From: the human T2T-CHM13v2.0 reference genome, Homo sapiens
Length of the DNA stretch: 64,000 nucleotides
Assembly: GCF_009914755.1 (NCBI RefSeq)
Contig: NC_060939.1
Direction: 5' to 3' (one strand)
Shown: one piece after another, positions 1 through 28,830 of the stretch
Layout of the letters: each line of letters begins with the position of its first letter
Position numbering within the stretch: the stretch's first letter is position 1
The notes under the pieces: generated by a model
Database searches by the model: none
Told to the model about the DNA's origin: nothing
The model's input: the letters and a program-made list of their open reading frames with translations, nothing else
Program-made: the position numbers and the translations under genes

Positions 1-985
<985 letters not shown>

Positions 986-1784
986 TTAGGAAAGAAAGAA
1001 AAATAAAAATGCTTGCAAATGTTATCAGCATTTGGTTTAAGTCCATCTTGCATTGGAATACACTCCCATTACACTGATCAGGATTCTTGAAGGGAATTTG
1101 GAATATTGGCTCAAAGTTGAAACAAAGGATATCTAACAACTGCTTGCATTTCTCATAAACATATCAGGCAAAAAGTACCCTGCTTTTAAAATAAACAATG
1201 AAACTATAAGGTGTTATTATTACATTACTGTTTTGAAAATAGTGTATGTCAAGCTTATATGGCTGGGCTGAGTCTAAGCTAATGTGTAATGTTCCACAAG
1301 TGTGATGTAATAGTGTTCTTTTTTGTGTAATTTTACGTGAACAGATGTCTTCAAACCTAATTTTAGAAAGACCAACACAGAGCTGCAATATTCCCATTTA
1401 AAACTCTTTACCAGAAGTTGTAATGTAAGCAAAGAGCCTATTTTTTCCAGTTTTGTCTAATAGTGTACTGACAGCACAAGAAAACATGATGTGTGTATTC
1501 ATAACAAATTTTTAATGAGTGCAAATATATTCTTAAAATATATTTTGTATTTAAATTTAAAATATTTGACCATGTTAAAAGTTCATTTGAAAAGAGTTCT
1601 AAGAAACAGTTTAACCATTGCCTTAAAGGATCCACTAGTACTCCCTTCTTGTGAGGTAAGCAACCATAGCTCACATTTATATTTTGTAATATTAAGTATA
1701 ATTTGGAATTAGGAACAAAGTGGCAAAATACTTACCCAAGAGTTTAAAACCCTTTTAAAATAAGTTTGTTTGGTTTATCAGTTG

Positions 1785-2368
<584 letters not shown>

Positions 2369-2370
2369 AC

Positions 2371-2533
2371 TTTTTTTTTTTTTTTGAGACAGGGTCTCAC
2401 TCTGTCACTTTGTCTGGTTTGCCGTGGTGCTATCGTGGCTCACTGCAGCCTCAAACTCCTGGGCTCAAGTGATCTGCTCACTTCAGCCTCCCAAAGTGCT
2501 GGGATTACAGTCATGAGCCACTGTTAACTGGCC
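2371..2533 (-). mobile_element. FRAM/AluJ-type monomer
   Basis: Poly-T followed by gagacagggtctcactctg...ctcccaaagtgctgggattaca. Confidence 0.8.
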
Positions 2534-3363
2534 TCTTTTAACCGTTTTATTAATCTTTATGAAGATATCAAATGGTGTTAACTTAGTTGTTTTAATATTA
2601 AATAATGGGGAATAATTGTAGCAAATATATGAAGGTATAAGCATGAGCCCAGAGCCATTAGAAATCATATTGCCCCTAAAGGAAGTTGGGTGGTTGACAA
2701 ACAAGAATTTACAAAAATAGAGGAAAATCTGGTGGTTGTAAAACTATAATTCTTAGATTGCTCACTGTTGTTACTATTTTTTCAGATTCATCATTGCTGT
2801 AGATTTAAGAAAAGTTCTAAAACACTTAAGGGAAAAAATGTAAGCTGGTTGTTTTTAAGCGTTTAATTTTTGGGAAGGTTGAGAAAATATGTTGTTTGGG
2901 GGGAACAGTAGAAGAGATGAAACTGACAAAGGTCAAAGACTGCAGTATAACAATGTTATCCTATTATAAATGCATCATTCATTAATTTAAAACATTTGAA
3001 TGATTTCTGTTTACAGTCTGTACAGTCTGTTAGAATGGAATTTTATGAATTATTTCATAAAACAGAACTTCATTTTTGTAACCTAAATTTGTCTTTTTCA
3101 AATTTCAAAGAGAATCCGTAGTTTTAATGTAAGATTTCCTTCATTTTCACCCTTTTTATTATCAAACCCCTCTACAAACTATAGTCTACTGTTCTTATTT
3201 TGTGTCTTTAGTATCTTGTACAGTGTCTGATTAGCAGTAGGGATTCAGTAAAAGTGTGTTAAATTTTATGTATTGGTTTTTCTTTATTCTTTCAAATGTA
3301 TTCTCTATACATATGTCCATACTTAATGTGTTAACGTGCTTAGAAAAGCATTTTAAAATAGTC

Positions 3364-3672
3364 TTTTTTTTTTTTTTTTTTTTGAGACCGAGTCTTGCTC
3401 TGTCGCCCAGGCTGGAGTGCAGTGGCGCGATCTCCACTCACTGCAAGCTCCGCCTCCCGGGTTTACGCCATTCTGCTGCCTCAGCCTCCCGAGTAGCTGA
3501 GAGAGACTACAGGCGCCCGCCATCATGCCTGGCTAAAAGTTTTTTGTATTTTTTAGTAGAGACGGGGTTTCACCGTGTTAGCCAGGATGGTCTCGATCTC
3601 CTGACCTTGTGATCCGCCCGCCTCGGCCTCCCAAAGTGCTGGGATTACAGGCGTGAGCCATTGCGCCCGGCC
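3364..3672 (-). mobile_element. AluY
   Basis: AluY diagnostics (gcaagctccgcc, cgccattctg, gttagccaggatgg); TSD taaaatagtcttt. Confidence 0.92.
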
Positions 3673-4079
3673 TAAAATAGTCTTTATTCCAGATGTATAT
3701 GACTACATTTATTGAGAAAACTGATGTGGACAAAATGACTCCTTAATCTGACAAACAAGTCTTTGTGATCCAGCCTCTGCCTGTCTCTTAGACTTTATCT
3801 CCTACAACTTTTCACTTTTATTTTGTCCCAGCCGCACTGGGCCCCATGCTATTCCATGGACACAGTAATAAACTCGTTTTTGCACTGGCATCTACTTTGG
3901 AATGCTCTTTGCCCAGAGCTTCCTAACATTTAGTGCTCCCTGTAGTCTCTATTCTAGTGTCATTTTCAAGGAGGCCTGTCTCCCTCACCTCCCTCTCCTT
4001 CTTTCCTCTCCCATTTACACTCCCCACTCCCCTCCCTCCCTCTCTCCCTCACTCCCTTCCTTCCATCCTTCCTTCCTTT

Positions 4080-6093
<2,014 letters not shown>

Positions 6094-6239
6094 TAGTAGA
6101 TACTCAATAATAAAAATATGTTGAATTGAATTTATTGGATAAAATGGAAAATTAAAAGTAAATGTGCTTGTACTTGAATATCTTTTTTGTTCTCGTTTTG
6201 ATGTTTCTGAATTAGAACTTTCCCCTTTTCTATTTTCAG

Positions 6240-6398
6240 AATATGAGTGATGCCATGGCAATTTTGCACAAACTACAGACAGGCCTGGATGTAAATGTAA
6301 GATTCACTGGTGTTCGAGTGTTTGAATATACACCAGAATGCATAGTATTTGATCTTCTTGATATTCCTTTGTACCATGGGTGGTTAGTAGACCCTCAG
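6240..6398 (+). CDS. MINDY2: MINDY2 internal coding exon (probably exon 4), 159 nt, phase 0-0: NMSDAMAILHKLQTGLDVNVRFTGVRVFEYTPECIVFDLLDIPLYHGWLVDPQ
   Basis: Polypyrimidine tract and ttttcag acceptor ending at 6239; donor CAG|gtaagt at 6399. Translation contains the MINDY-family motifs GLDVNV and LYHGWLVDPQ. Joins in frame to the next exons. Confidence 0.97.
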
Positions 6399-6504
6399 GT
6401 AAGTCGAAGAATTTAAATTATGTAAACACAAATACAGGAAAAATGTATTAATTTGGCAAATTAATCTCAATTTATATTTTTTGTTACTTACTTTTTTTGT
6501 ACTT

Positions 6505-7224
6505 TTGCCTGGAATTAGCCAAACTATGAGGTTAAGAACAGAGTCCTCCAGACTACTAAGTCTGCCCAAGGCTTCTGACCCCAACTCTAAGGAGCTAGGG
6601 CCAAACTACAAGGTTAGAGGGAAGAGCTCATAGAAGACCACCCGTACTTCTCACACCAATCACAAGTTCAGAGGTTTCCCAAAACTACCCTCAGGTTCAG
6701 TAATTCACCAGAGTGACTAACAGGACTCCCTGAAACCTATTATACTCACCATTACAGTTCATTACAGGGCAAAGATACAGGTTAATATTAGCAAAGGAAA
6801 GAGACACATACGGCAGAATCTAGGAGGGTTCCAACTGTGAAGCTTCCCCTGGATCCTCAGGACATCATACCCTCCTGGAACTGATGTATGAAAATATGCA
6901 TGGAGTGCTGCCAATCCTGGAAGTTCACCCCACCTTCAGTGTTCAGATTTTTTATTGAGATTTCATTATGTAGGTAGGATTTAATTTATTGCCCATGTAA
7001 TTGAACCCAGACTCCTACCCTTCCCTCCCTGGAAGCTGAGCTGACACCATGTGGTTCAAGGGATCCATCATTAGTATAAACTGCAGGTGTGGCCCAAGGG
7101 GCCCACAATAAATAACACAGTCACTCCTATTGGTACAGCAATGCCAAGATTTAGAAGTTATTTCATAGGAGCTGGGACAAAGGTCAAACCTCTCTTTGGG
7201 CAAGACCGTATTCTTTATTGCATA
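6505..7224 (-). mobile_element. MER77/MER21-family ERVL LTR
   Basis: Resembles the MER21/MER77 consensus (ctcaggttcagtaattcac, agagacacatacggcagaatctaggagggttcc, gggacaaaggtcaaac). Confidence 0.65.
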
Positions 7225-7369
7225 GCTTTGAAAAGAGATTTTGTATTACCCAAACATTTATTTTAAAAAGGCACCCCCATATATCCATCACTCTAACTGT
7301 ACATTTCTAAATGTACATTGACCTTTGGTATATTAGTCTAGCAATCCAGATTTTGCCTCTTGTTAAGCG

Positions 7370-7850
7370 TATCAGGGTCCTGGCAGGAAGTAGACGACAC
7401 ACTGAAGGATAACTGTCAAAAGTTTAATGAAGAGACTATTTACAAAGGTGTGGGCAAAGTTAAGGGGAACAACAAGTAAGAGATGGTGTAGCATCTTAGA
7501 CCTAGCAACAGCAGAAAATAATTGCCACTCCTAACTCTGAAGAGATAAGGAGAGGGAATACTTAGCAGAACACAGCAAGATTGATTAGTAAAGCACAGAG
7601 CTCCTGACGAGGAGATGTGACCTTCAGGAGAGGAATACTACCCCCAAGCTATGGCCCAGCAGGGAAAGAGCATAGGTAATACATTCTCTGACTCCCACTT
7701 TCTGATTTCCTCTAGTAGCTCCCTTTGGCCAAATTCAACTGATTATTAGAGAGTAGGAATTCCAGTTGCTGCAGTCCATAGAGGTTAGTCTCCCGAATAG
7801 AGAAGAAATGGAGAGTCAATTGGAAGGGTGAAAGGAAAAAATAATTCTAC
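7370..7850. mobile_element. Ancient ERVL-type LTR (LTR33/LTR41-like)
   Basis: tcagggtcctggcaggaa...gactatttacaaaggtgtgggca resembles this LTR group; subfamily uncertain. Confidence 0.45.
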
Positions 7851-8099
7851 TGTAACATACTAAATTTTTAAATAGGTTAGAGTCTTCTCTTTTCCACTGA
7901 TCTGTGTTATGTCTACTCCTATACTGTTTTAATATTATTTTCACTTACTTACATTTTTTAACATAAAGTAAGATTCAAATTTCAAAATAATATTAGTTAA
8001 TTGTAAACTTTAAAAGAAAAAGACAAAGGAATCATACCAGCCAATGCCTTTCAAATTTATTTTGTTTTATGGTATGAGGTGAGAATTTACCTTTTTTAT

Positions 8100-12580
<4,481 letters not shown>

Positions 12581-12619
12581 CACATACAAAGTATTTTAAA
12601 TATTGTAATTAAGAATTAA

Positions 12620-14110
12620 ACCAATGACAGAGAATAGAGGCCTAAAAAGATCACTATACAGATAGAACTAGGGCACTCTAGAGCAATGGGGAAAGGCAAT
12701 CCTTTAAACAAAAGGTTCTAAGACAATTAGGTAGACATAGAGGGAAAAAATGAAACTGTTTCCTACAACTCACACCGCAAAATTCTATTCCATGCGCATT
12801 AAAGTTTTAACTGTAAAAGCCAGGTGAGGTGGCATCCCTGTAGTCGCAGTTACTCAGGAGGCTGAGGTAGGAGAATCACTTAAGGCCAGGAGTTTGAGGC
12901 TGCAGTGCACTATGATAGCACCTGTGAATAGCCACCGTACTCCAGCCTGGGCAATATACTAAGGTCCTGGCTCTACAAACATGGAGGGGGAAAAAAAAGT
13001 TTAACTATAAAAAATAAAACTACAAAAGTTTGAAACTATGTTCCTGATATTATGACATCACTGTACGGAGGGATTTCAAAAACAAGATACAAACCTATTA
13101 ACTGTAAGGAAACATTAGTAAACATGACTACCTTAAAACTGAGAATTTGTGTTCATCTAAAGGCATTCCAAACAGAATGTAAAAGCAAGCCACAGAGTAG
13201 AAGATGAATTGCAACTTTAAAAAATGAATAAAGGATTAATATTCAGAAAGTAGGAGCTCCTACAGATAATTTTTTAAAGATAGCCCAGCCAAAAAAAGGA
13301 GCAAATGACTTGAATAGGCACTTCACAAAAACAGATATCCAAATGGCCAATGAACATATGAATTGGTCATCAGAGAAATACAAATTAAAATCAGAATTAG
13401 AGACCACTGTACATACATCAGACTGGCTAACATTTAAAAGTCTGATGGTATTACGTTGGGCGCAGTGGCTCACACCTGTAATCCCAGCACTTTGGGAGGC
13501 CAAGGCAGGTGGATCACCTGAGGTCAGGAGTTTGAGACGCCTGGCCAACATGGTGAAACCTTGTCTCTATTAAAATACAAAAATTAGCCGGGCATGGTGG
13601 TGGGTGCCTGTAATCCCAGCTACTCAGGAGGCTGAGGCAGAGAATTGCTTGAACCCGAGAGGCGGAGGTTGCAGTGAGCTGAGATCGCACCACTGCACTC
13701 CAGCCTGGGCGACAGAGCGAGACTCTGTCTCAAAAAACAAAAATAAAAAAATAAAAGTTTGACAATATTAAATGTTGGTGAAGATGTGCAGCATAGAGAA
13801 TTCTCATTCCTTGTGATGAGAGTGGAAATTGGCCATCTACTTTTGAAACCAGTTTGGTTTATCCATTAAAGTTGATGCTAAGCATTCCTTAAGACTCAGC
13901 AATTTGGCAAGGCATACACTCTTGATGAGTGAAAGAGGATAAACGTCCTAGAATTTTTCACAGCAGTGTTATTTGCCATAGTCCGAAACTGAAAACAACT
14001 TGAATAGCCATCAAAAGACAAATGAGTAACCACATTATGGTATATTCTATGGAATACTGTACTACAGTGAAAACAAACATCTGCATACCACTATATACAA
14101 CAACCTTACA
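12620..14110 (+). mobile_element. Old L1ME-type ORF2/3' remnant containing FAM/FRAM 12818-12975 and AluS 13455-13756
   Basis: gacttgaataggcacttcacaaaa..gatatccaaatggccaatgaacatatg and aatgttggtgaagatgtg are L1 ORF2 3' motifs. Confidence 0.7.
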
Positions 14111-14265
14111 TTATGTATTTGTTGATTTGGTTTATTATTTGCTTTTACTCTAGAATATAAGCTTTATGAAAGCATAAACCATTTTGCTCACTGTTGTGTC
14201 TGTAGATTCTCTAGTGGCACCTTGCATGTAGTAGTATGTAATAGGCATCCAAATAAATTGGATGA

Positions 14266-16623
<2,358 letters not shown>

Positions 16624-16635
16624 TTATAGCATAGA

Positions 16636-16771
16636 ATGGTGGTTCTCAAACTTCGCTATGCATCGGAATCACCTGGGCAGTGGAATGAAAACTTAGACAA
16701 TTGAGAAGCAACATGAGCCTGAAATTCTTTTACATCTTTTTAACAAGCTCCCCGAGTTTGAAAACCACTGC
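16636..16771. mobile_element. MER5A hAT-type DNA transposon remnant
   Basis: Inverted ends gtggttctcaaact...agtttgaaaaccactg and internal gcatcggaatcacctggg. Confidence 0.75.
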
Positions 16772-17726
16772 TGTGAGTATTGTGCAGATATATGTTGAGA
16801 CCTGTGGTATTCAAAGAGTAAGTCTTCAAGGTGATCATTTGAATGTAGGAAGAAAACATTGGCCCTCTTATTTTTATTTATGTAATTCTAAAATTTGTAT
16901 TTGTTTTATTAGATATATAACTTACTTATACAGCAATACACATAAATAATTTATAAATAAATATAAATATATTTTTATATATGGAAAGGCAACTATATAA
17001 GTTGTTTAGACAGTAGAAACCTCTTTTTCTTCTATAGTCAAAGCAAAGTGTAATGGAGAGAGAGAAGCCCAATTTTATTTTCCTATAGCTTAAAAGTTTA
17101 AGTTTACTGTACTGCTGTACCTCTAAAAACAAAGATTAAATAAGAATCATGGCGCATATCCCATCCCCCATTAACATATATTAACTTTTCTTCAGGAAAA
17201 TAACATTAGTTATCTCTACTCATATCTCCACTATACTTTTCTAGGAAATAAGTAATAAAATGGAATAATTTTATTAATCCTATAAATTAACATATTTAAA
17301 GTTGCCTTGCTTTAAATGTGCAACATTTGTTTTTTAGTTAAAAAAAAAAAAAACTTGATACTTTATGCTGGGAGAAAAAAATGGATATTTTCTTATTTTT
17401 TCTTCTGGAATAGTTTATGTTTTATTTTGATCACTTAAATACATGTTTATGACCTTAAGAAATAAAGTTGCATGTAATAATCCCATTTAATCTTATTTTG
17501 CATAATTAAAATAATACAACTGCAGTATTTTTCATAATGTGTCCTACTGAGCTGTAAACAAACTTGGAAACTGTTGGGTGTTGATTTTAGTGCTGATTTT
17601 GTTTTTCGTAAATAATAGTTTTATATTTAGTATTATATTAGAATAAAATTCTAAAGAGTGATATGGCTTTCTTTTGTTTTGTTCCTAATCTTACCATGAT
17701 TAGTGAGACAGTCATTTGTTTTCTAG

Positions 17727-17829
17727 ATTGATGACATTGTAAAAGCTGTTGGTAACTGCAGCTACAACCAACTAGTGGAGAAGATCATCTCTTGTAAACA
17801 GTCAGACAATAGTGAGCTGGTTAGTGAAG
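17727..17829 (+). CDS. MINDY2: MINDY2 coding exon (probably exon 5), 103 nt, phase 0-1: IDDIVKAVGNCSYNQLVEKIISCKQSDNSELVSE(G)
   Basis: Acceptor ttttctag ends at 17726; donor GAAG|gtgggt at 17830. SYNQLVEKII is a conserved MINDY1/2 motif. Phase 1 matches the next exon. Confidence 0.96.
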
Positions 17830-17977
17830 GTGGGTGAGTGCTGCTATTTCCTGACTTTTGAAATTCTTGGCAAGATAATTTTTCTTATAACTTAATATCT
17901 TTCAAATTTCTTAAATAAGACTTCTAAAAAACACATGTTATATTACTTGTATGAATTTTAAGAAGTAACCATCCATA

Positions 17978-18283
17978 GGCTGGGCACAGTGGCTCCCGCC
18001 TGTAATCCCAGCATTTTGAGAGGCCAAGGCAGGCAGATCACCTGAGGACAGGAGTTCAGGATCAGCCTGGCCAACATGATGAAACCACGTGTCTACTAAA
18101 AATACAACAAAAAATTAGTTGGCCATGGTGTTGCATGCCTGTAATCCCAGCTACTCAGGAGGCTGAGGCAGGAGAATCGCTTGAACCCAGGAGGTGGAGG
18201 TTGTAGTGAGCCGAGATTGCGCCGCTGTACTCCACCCTGGGCAACAGAGTGACTCTGTATCAAAAAAAAAAAAAAGAAGAAGA
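17978..18283 (+). mobile_element. AluSx
   Basis: Full dimer; TSD aagaagtaaccatccata / aagaagtaatcattcata. Confidence 0.9.
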
Positions 18284-19071
18284 AGTAATCATTCATAAAG
18301 GTGCCAATGAAAGGTTTTTCCTAGAACTCTTTTTCATTTAACTTGTAAAATCAGGCCTGGATTCTATTAAAAATTTTTGGAATCACTTGCTAACTTTGGT
18401 ATGGTCAGGTACCCAGAGGTTACTGATAATTACTTTCTTAAAAAATGTTTATTATTTAGGAGTCCTGAATGGACTTTATCATTGATCCTGAATACTTCAA
18501 CTGACTGAGATGAGTATTATGGTGCTCAAGTACTCTAGATTTTAGTAGACCTCTGCTTTATATTTCAGTATAATACAATATTAAAGCCCCATTCTGGATC
18601 AGAGTATGCCTCTGAAAATCAGTTTTTCTAATCCTTAGCTAACTGGAATTCCTAAATTCATCGTCACAAAATCAGTTTAATATTTTTTCAACTGTGTTCC
18701 AGTCAATGATGAGAAAAGGAGATTTGAAACAGAATGCTATCAAAAGGCATAGCATGTAGATATACCTTCTCAGTCCCCACTTCACTCTTTCAAAAATATA
18801 CATAAATACTGAGGCTATAATTCTTCTGTCTGTGAAAGGGAAACAAAAGAGAAAGAGAAATCATGAGAAGTAGGGCATGAGTTTTAGTCTCTCTCAGACA
18901 CACAATTATTTTACATAAGATATAATAAAAGTTTATTACAATTATCACATTTTTAAGAATTAAAACTAACGACTACAGGAGCATATGAGCATATAAAAGA
19001 TATGTACATGAATTCCATCTATATTAATCAGAATCCAACTAATTACATTACTTAATTATCCAGAAGTTTAA

Positions 19072-19349
<278 letters not shown>

Positions 19350-19370
19350 GAGGTTTATGCTATTCTTCTA

Positions 19371-19766
<396 letters not shown>

Positions 19767-20642
19767 TCAAATTTTAGGAGAGAAAGAAGCAATAAAAACT
19801 ATTACAAAAGTATATTCTCTCAATTAACAAAATTCCTTCTCAATGAGCTAGAATGTATGGGGAAAAAAATTCCACTCACTAGAAGTTTGCATTCCTATAC
19901 AAGCTCTCATTACCATAGATAATTACTAAAAAGAAGCTCCTATTTTAAAAATGTCTATCTACGGAATCCTTCTTTTTCAGTAATGTCCAATATACCAGAG
20001 TATGCTATTCAGTAGTACTTGAAGGAACAATAGGATTCAGAAAGTGGTAACAGACAGAATGCTAGCCAAGAAGTAATACTTGGATAAACTGACTTATGGA
20101 GTATGAAGCTATGTGAAACACTGTTAACATCTTTCCCAATTCTGGCTACAAATACAGTAAGGGTAGGACTTAGTACTATAATAATTAACAAAATGAACAA
20201 AAAAATCAGTTCCTTCATTACTTCTTTTTCCTTAACCTGATGTCACAAATATTATTATTTCTCTGACATTGATTCCTCAGGATAATGAAAAACTATAGTT
20301 AATATATGTGTTATTGATAATTTAGGAAGAACATCATGGTGAAAGCAAAGAAAGAAACCCTCTAAAATGGTATAGAATTTTTAGGGAATATCTGCTGGGC
20401 ATATTTATTACTTCCTTGATATATAAATTTCATAATGATGAAATTCTACATACCATATTTCCATATTAAAGAATAATTATATGTGTCATTTAGCATAATT
20501 AAAAAGCTAAACTAGATTTTTGTTCATAAGTAACTACAAATTTGTAGTTCATTTGAAATAATTACTTAACTCCAATGGTTACTTGTATAAGACACTAAGA
20601 AATCATGGAAAATAAAAGACCGTAATAGACATTTTTACTTAC

Positions 20643-24858
<4,216 letters not shown>

Positions 24859-26130
24859 CTTAAATTTCTGAATGTAAGAAATATTTTCAAATATAGTAAT
24901 CTTCTCAGGAAAATAAGGCTTAATTTAAATTTATTTTCATGAATAATACTCTATTATCATTAAGTTTTTTACCTTTAGTATCATCAATTACAATAACAAT
25001 AAAATTGAGATTTAATGTGAATGTTGTAATAAACTGGATTATTTGAATCAATAACACCTCTTTGAGCGTTATAATGATTCTCTGATAAGTTTACAAATAA
25101 ATAAACTGCTGTGTAACACTTACAGTTGTTTTCCAAAATTTGTTTAAATAGTTGTAAAAAGTTGAAACTAGATTGAGCTTTTCAATAAAGGCTAATTAAT
25201 TATAAAAATTTAAAACTAGGTTAGCCTTTTCCACTAAAACCACTGTTTAAGAGATGACAGGAGAATTACGAAACATTGTTTTTTCTAGTTCTTAATAAGC
25301 TATGCTTTATGGTTTTGGGAGAGATATAATTCAAGTGGCATTTATAATACTCATCTGCAATAAATTTTAAAATTTAATATCCATAATAATTCTCCTAGGT
25401 TACTGTCTTCCCTTTGCCATAACTAGTTTGATGTCCTTGGGCAAGTCACTTATTCTCTCTGAGCCTATGTCCTATTCTGTAAAAAGAAGTAGCTGAGAAA
25501 GACCTTTCTAATGTTGAATTTTTGGATTTCACACTAACATGAAAGTAATGTGCTATATCTCCACTGAATTTCTGTGTCTTTTTGAAAGGGATCTGTGGAG
25601 AGGATATTGGGTGAGTAAGGTATGGAAGGGGCTTTTAAAAACATCTTTCTGAAGGGAACATTTAGTAATACAGATATTACAGACGGCAGTGGTACTTTTC
25701 AGCACAGGCATACCCAAGAAGTTGCAAGTATTCAATGAATTTCTTTTGGCTGTAGACCTCTTTATAGTTTTTGTACTTCTATCATAACAAAGTCCTTGCA
25801 ATAGTGTGATAATTATAGTGTGGTAAGTTTTTACAACCACTTTGTAGCTTGAAGTACTATGGTTTGACACTAAGGGATGTCGAGGGAGTGGAATAAACCT
25901 ATGTTATCTGCTTCTGGCACTACCAAGTTTTCTTTTCAATTTATTGTTGAAGTGTTAGTTTCATACCACAGATTTATCTTTAGTCCCTGTATCTATATCT
26001 CTCAGATCACTTATGAAACTTTTTAGGGCATTCCCTTCCCTCCTCCCCCATTGCTTCCGAGACATCTCTACTTACTCCAAAAGGAAGGAGGGAAAGAAGA
26101 AGAGAAATACAAGTTTAAAAAATATGTATA

Positions 26131-27003
26131 CAGTTGATTCTCATTATTCATGGTAGCTATGTTCTATAAAGTTACTGTGAACACTGAATTAGTGAATGCT
26201 GAACCACTGTCCCTAGGATAAATATGAGTGAGTTTTTAAGGAGCATTTGGTAACATTTTCATCAGCTGATCAGTACATAAACTTGTTTTATGTGTGTTTC
26301 TGTTAAACACACCTTATTTAATATATACTGTTGATTCACTAGCGTTAAACTCACAGCCAACAGCACTACAGATAGAATATCCCTAATCTGAAAATCCAAA
26401 ATCCAAAATGCTCCAAAATCTAAACACCAACATGACGCTCACAGGAAATGCTCATTGGAGGATTTCAGATTTCTCATTTTCAGATTAGGGATGCTCAGCT
26501 GATCAGTATAATGCAGACATTCCAAAATCCAAAAGAATCCACACCCAAAACCCTTCTGATCTCAAGCATTTTAGATAAGTGATACTCAACCTGTATAACT
26601 CATGCCTGAACGAAACCTATCTAGCACATGTATTTTCTCTATAAGGCACATCACAGCCTTTGTCTACTGAATGCTAGCCAGCACTTTGGCATTATGCTTG
26701 GATGCTGTTTGAAACAGCAAAATCACCAACAGAAAGCATAAAAATGTGAAAAACATGGCACTAAATAGACCATGAAAGGGACACTTGTTTACAGTATGCG
26801 AGAGAGCTGAAGCAAGAAGGCAGAATGTTGCCTTGTTTGACCTCAGCTGGGAATGTGCACATTGGGCCACTCAGAATTTTCACCAGTCTTCACATGTCCA
26901 CAAACAAGCATGAAAATGCTGCAAGTATTGATTTGGGGGATCTAAATAAATTTTAGCCAGTTAGATGAACTTGTAGATATGAACTTGCAATGAGGATCGA
27001 TTG
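26131..27003 (+). mobile_element. MER82 (TcMar-Tigger) DNA transposon
   Basis: TIRs CAGTTGATTCTCATT...AATGAGGATCGATTG, preceded by TA. Confidence 0.8.
26369..26593 (+). mobile_element. Tigger4b-type element nested in MER82
   Basis: Ends cagatagaatatccc...gatactcaacctg with TA duplicated on both sides. Confidence 0.8.
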
Positions 27004-27020
27004 TGTATATGAAGATCAGT

Positions 27021-27065
<45 letters not shown>
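27021..27065. repeat. Compound microsatellite (TG)13(TA)9
   Basis: Read directly from the sequence. Confidence 0.95.
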
Positions 27066-27778
27066 GTTTTAAATTATACCCCGGATCACTTCTGTATATT
27101 TTATTGTATTTCAAAAACAAAAGCCATAATATCTATTTCCGAACTTGATACATCTACATGAGTGGCATATGTTGGAGGAGATTAGCATAAAAATGGCATA
27201 AAAAACCATTAAAAATGGCATCATTTATCCCACGGCTTTCTGTTCAGCCTTATGCCTACTTTTAGTTTTAAAGCAAGAATTGAGAAGTTTACAACTTAAG
27301 AATTATCTAGGATTTTTGTGAAATCTTAAGCTACTCAATTTATTAGGGCTACTTTTAATTTGAAAACACCTTGCTATTGGGAGGTAGCTGTTGACTGACA
27401 TTTTTCTTTCCCACCCATTTTTAAAATTGCCTGACACCTGTCTTTTTACTTGCTTTCATGGCTTTTAGTTTTATTGTGTCTGCTTTTTTACTGCAACCTG
27501 CATGAAATCCTTTGTAATAGTAGGTGAAGTATAAGTAAATGCATTTGTTTATAAAAAAGAATTTCACATAACTATTTAGGATAGGAATGTCTGTATACAC
27601 ATATTTCATTGCAAAATTAAAAACACAAATGTCCAGTTTGGAGCCATCATAAAGTAGTAGGGAAAGTATTATAATTATTGGCCTTTTTCCATACTTGGAA
27701 CACACTTTAAATAGAAAAAGAATAACTTTTTGATTTTGAAATTATTCTTCTATCTAATGTTATGCATTGGTTCTATAG

Positions 27779-27921
27779 GCTTTGTAGCTGAGCAGTTTCT
27801 AAATAACACAGCCACTCAACTGACATACCATGGATTATGTGAACTAACTTCAACGGTTCAGGAAGGAGAACTTTGTGTGTTCTTTCGGAATAATCATTTT
27901 AGCACCATGACCAAATACAAG
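27779..27921 (+). CDS. MINDY2: MINDY2 coding exon (probably exon 6), 143 nt, phase 1-0, with catalytic His: (G)FVAEQFLNNTATQLTYHGLCELTSTVQEGELCVFFRNNHFSTMTKYK
   Basis: Acceptor ttctatag ends at 27778; donor AAG|gtatga at 27922. FFRNNHF motif with the His codon CAT at 27895-27897. 173 residues follow this His, consistent with H448 of a 621-aa protein (numbers from memory). Confidence 0.98.
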
Positions 27922-28189
27922 GTATGATATAGAAATAGCTATTTAATCGTGATTCTAAATCAAAGGAGCTTGATTTAGAGTTGTCTTTTGATCTGCTTAT
28001 AAATAAAAGATTTTAGCGTAATATTTCTTAACCATCAAATTATGAAGGTAATTATTAAATACAGTACTTCTTAAGGATGGGATGGATTAACAATTGAAGC
28101 ATTACCTCAAATCACTTTTTGTTTTTTAATTCTCAACTTCTTTTTCACAGATCTTTGCAGTAAGAAGTATTTTATTATTTTCTTTCTGA

Positions 28190-28830
<641 letters not shown>

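Noticed and set aside
18675-18860. Hydrophobic frame ending CFKSPFLIIDW looked like a vomeronasal V1R TM7
   Set aside because: The upstream DRH, ICL2 and FxxSYxP motifs indicate a conventional class A receptor, and TM7 is better placed at about 18900-18840. A V1R assignment is unsupported.
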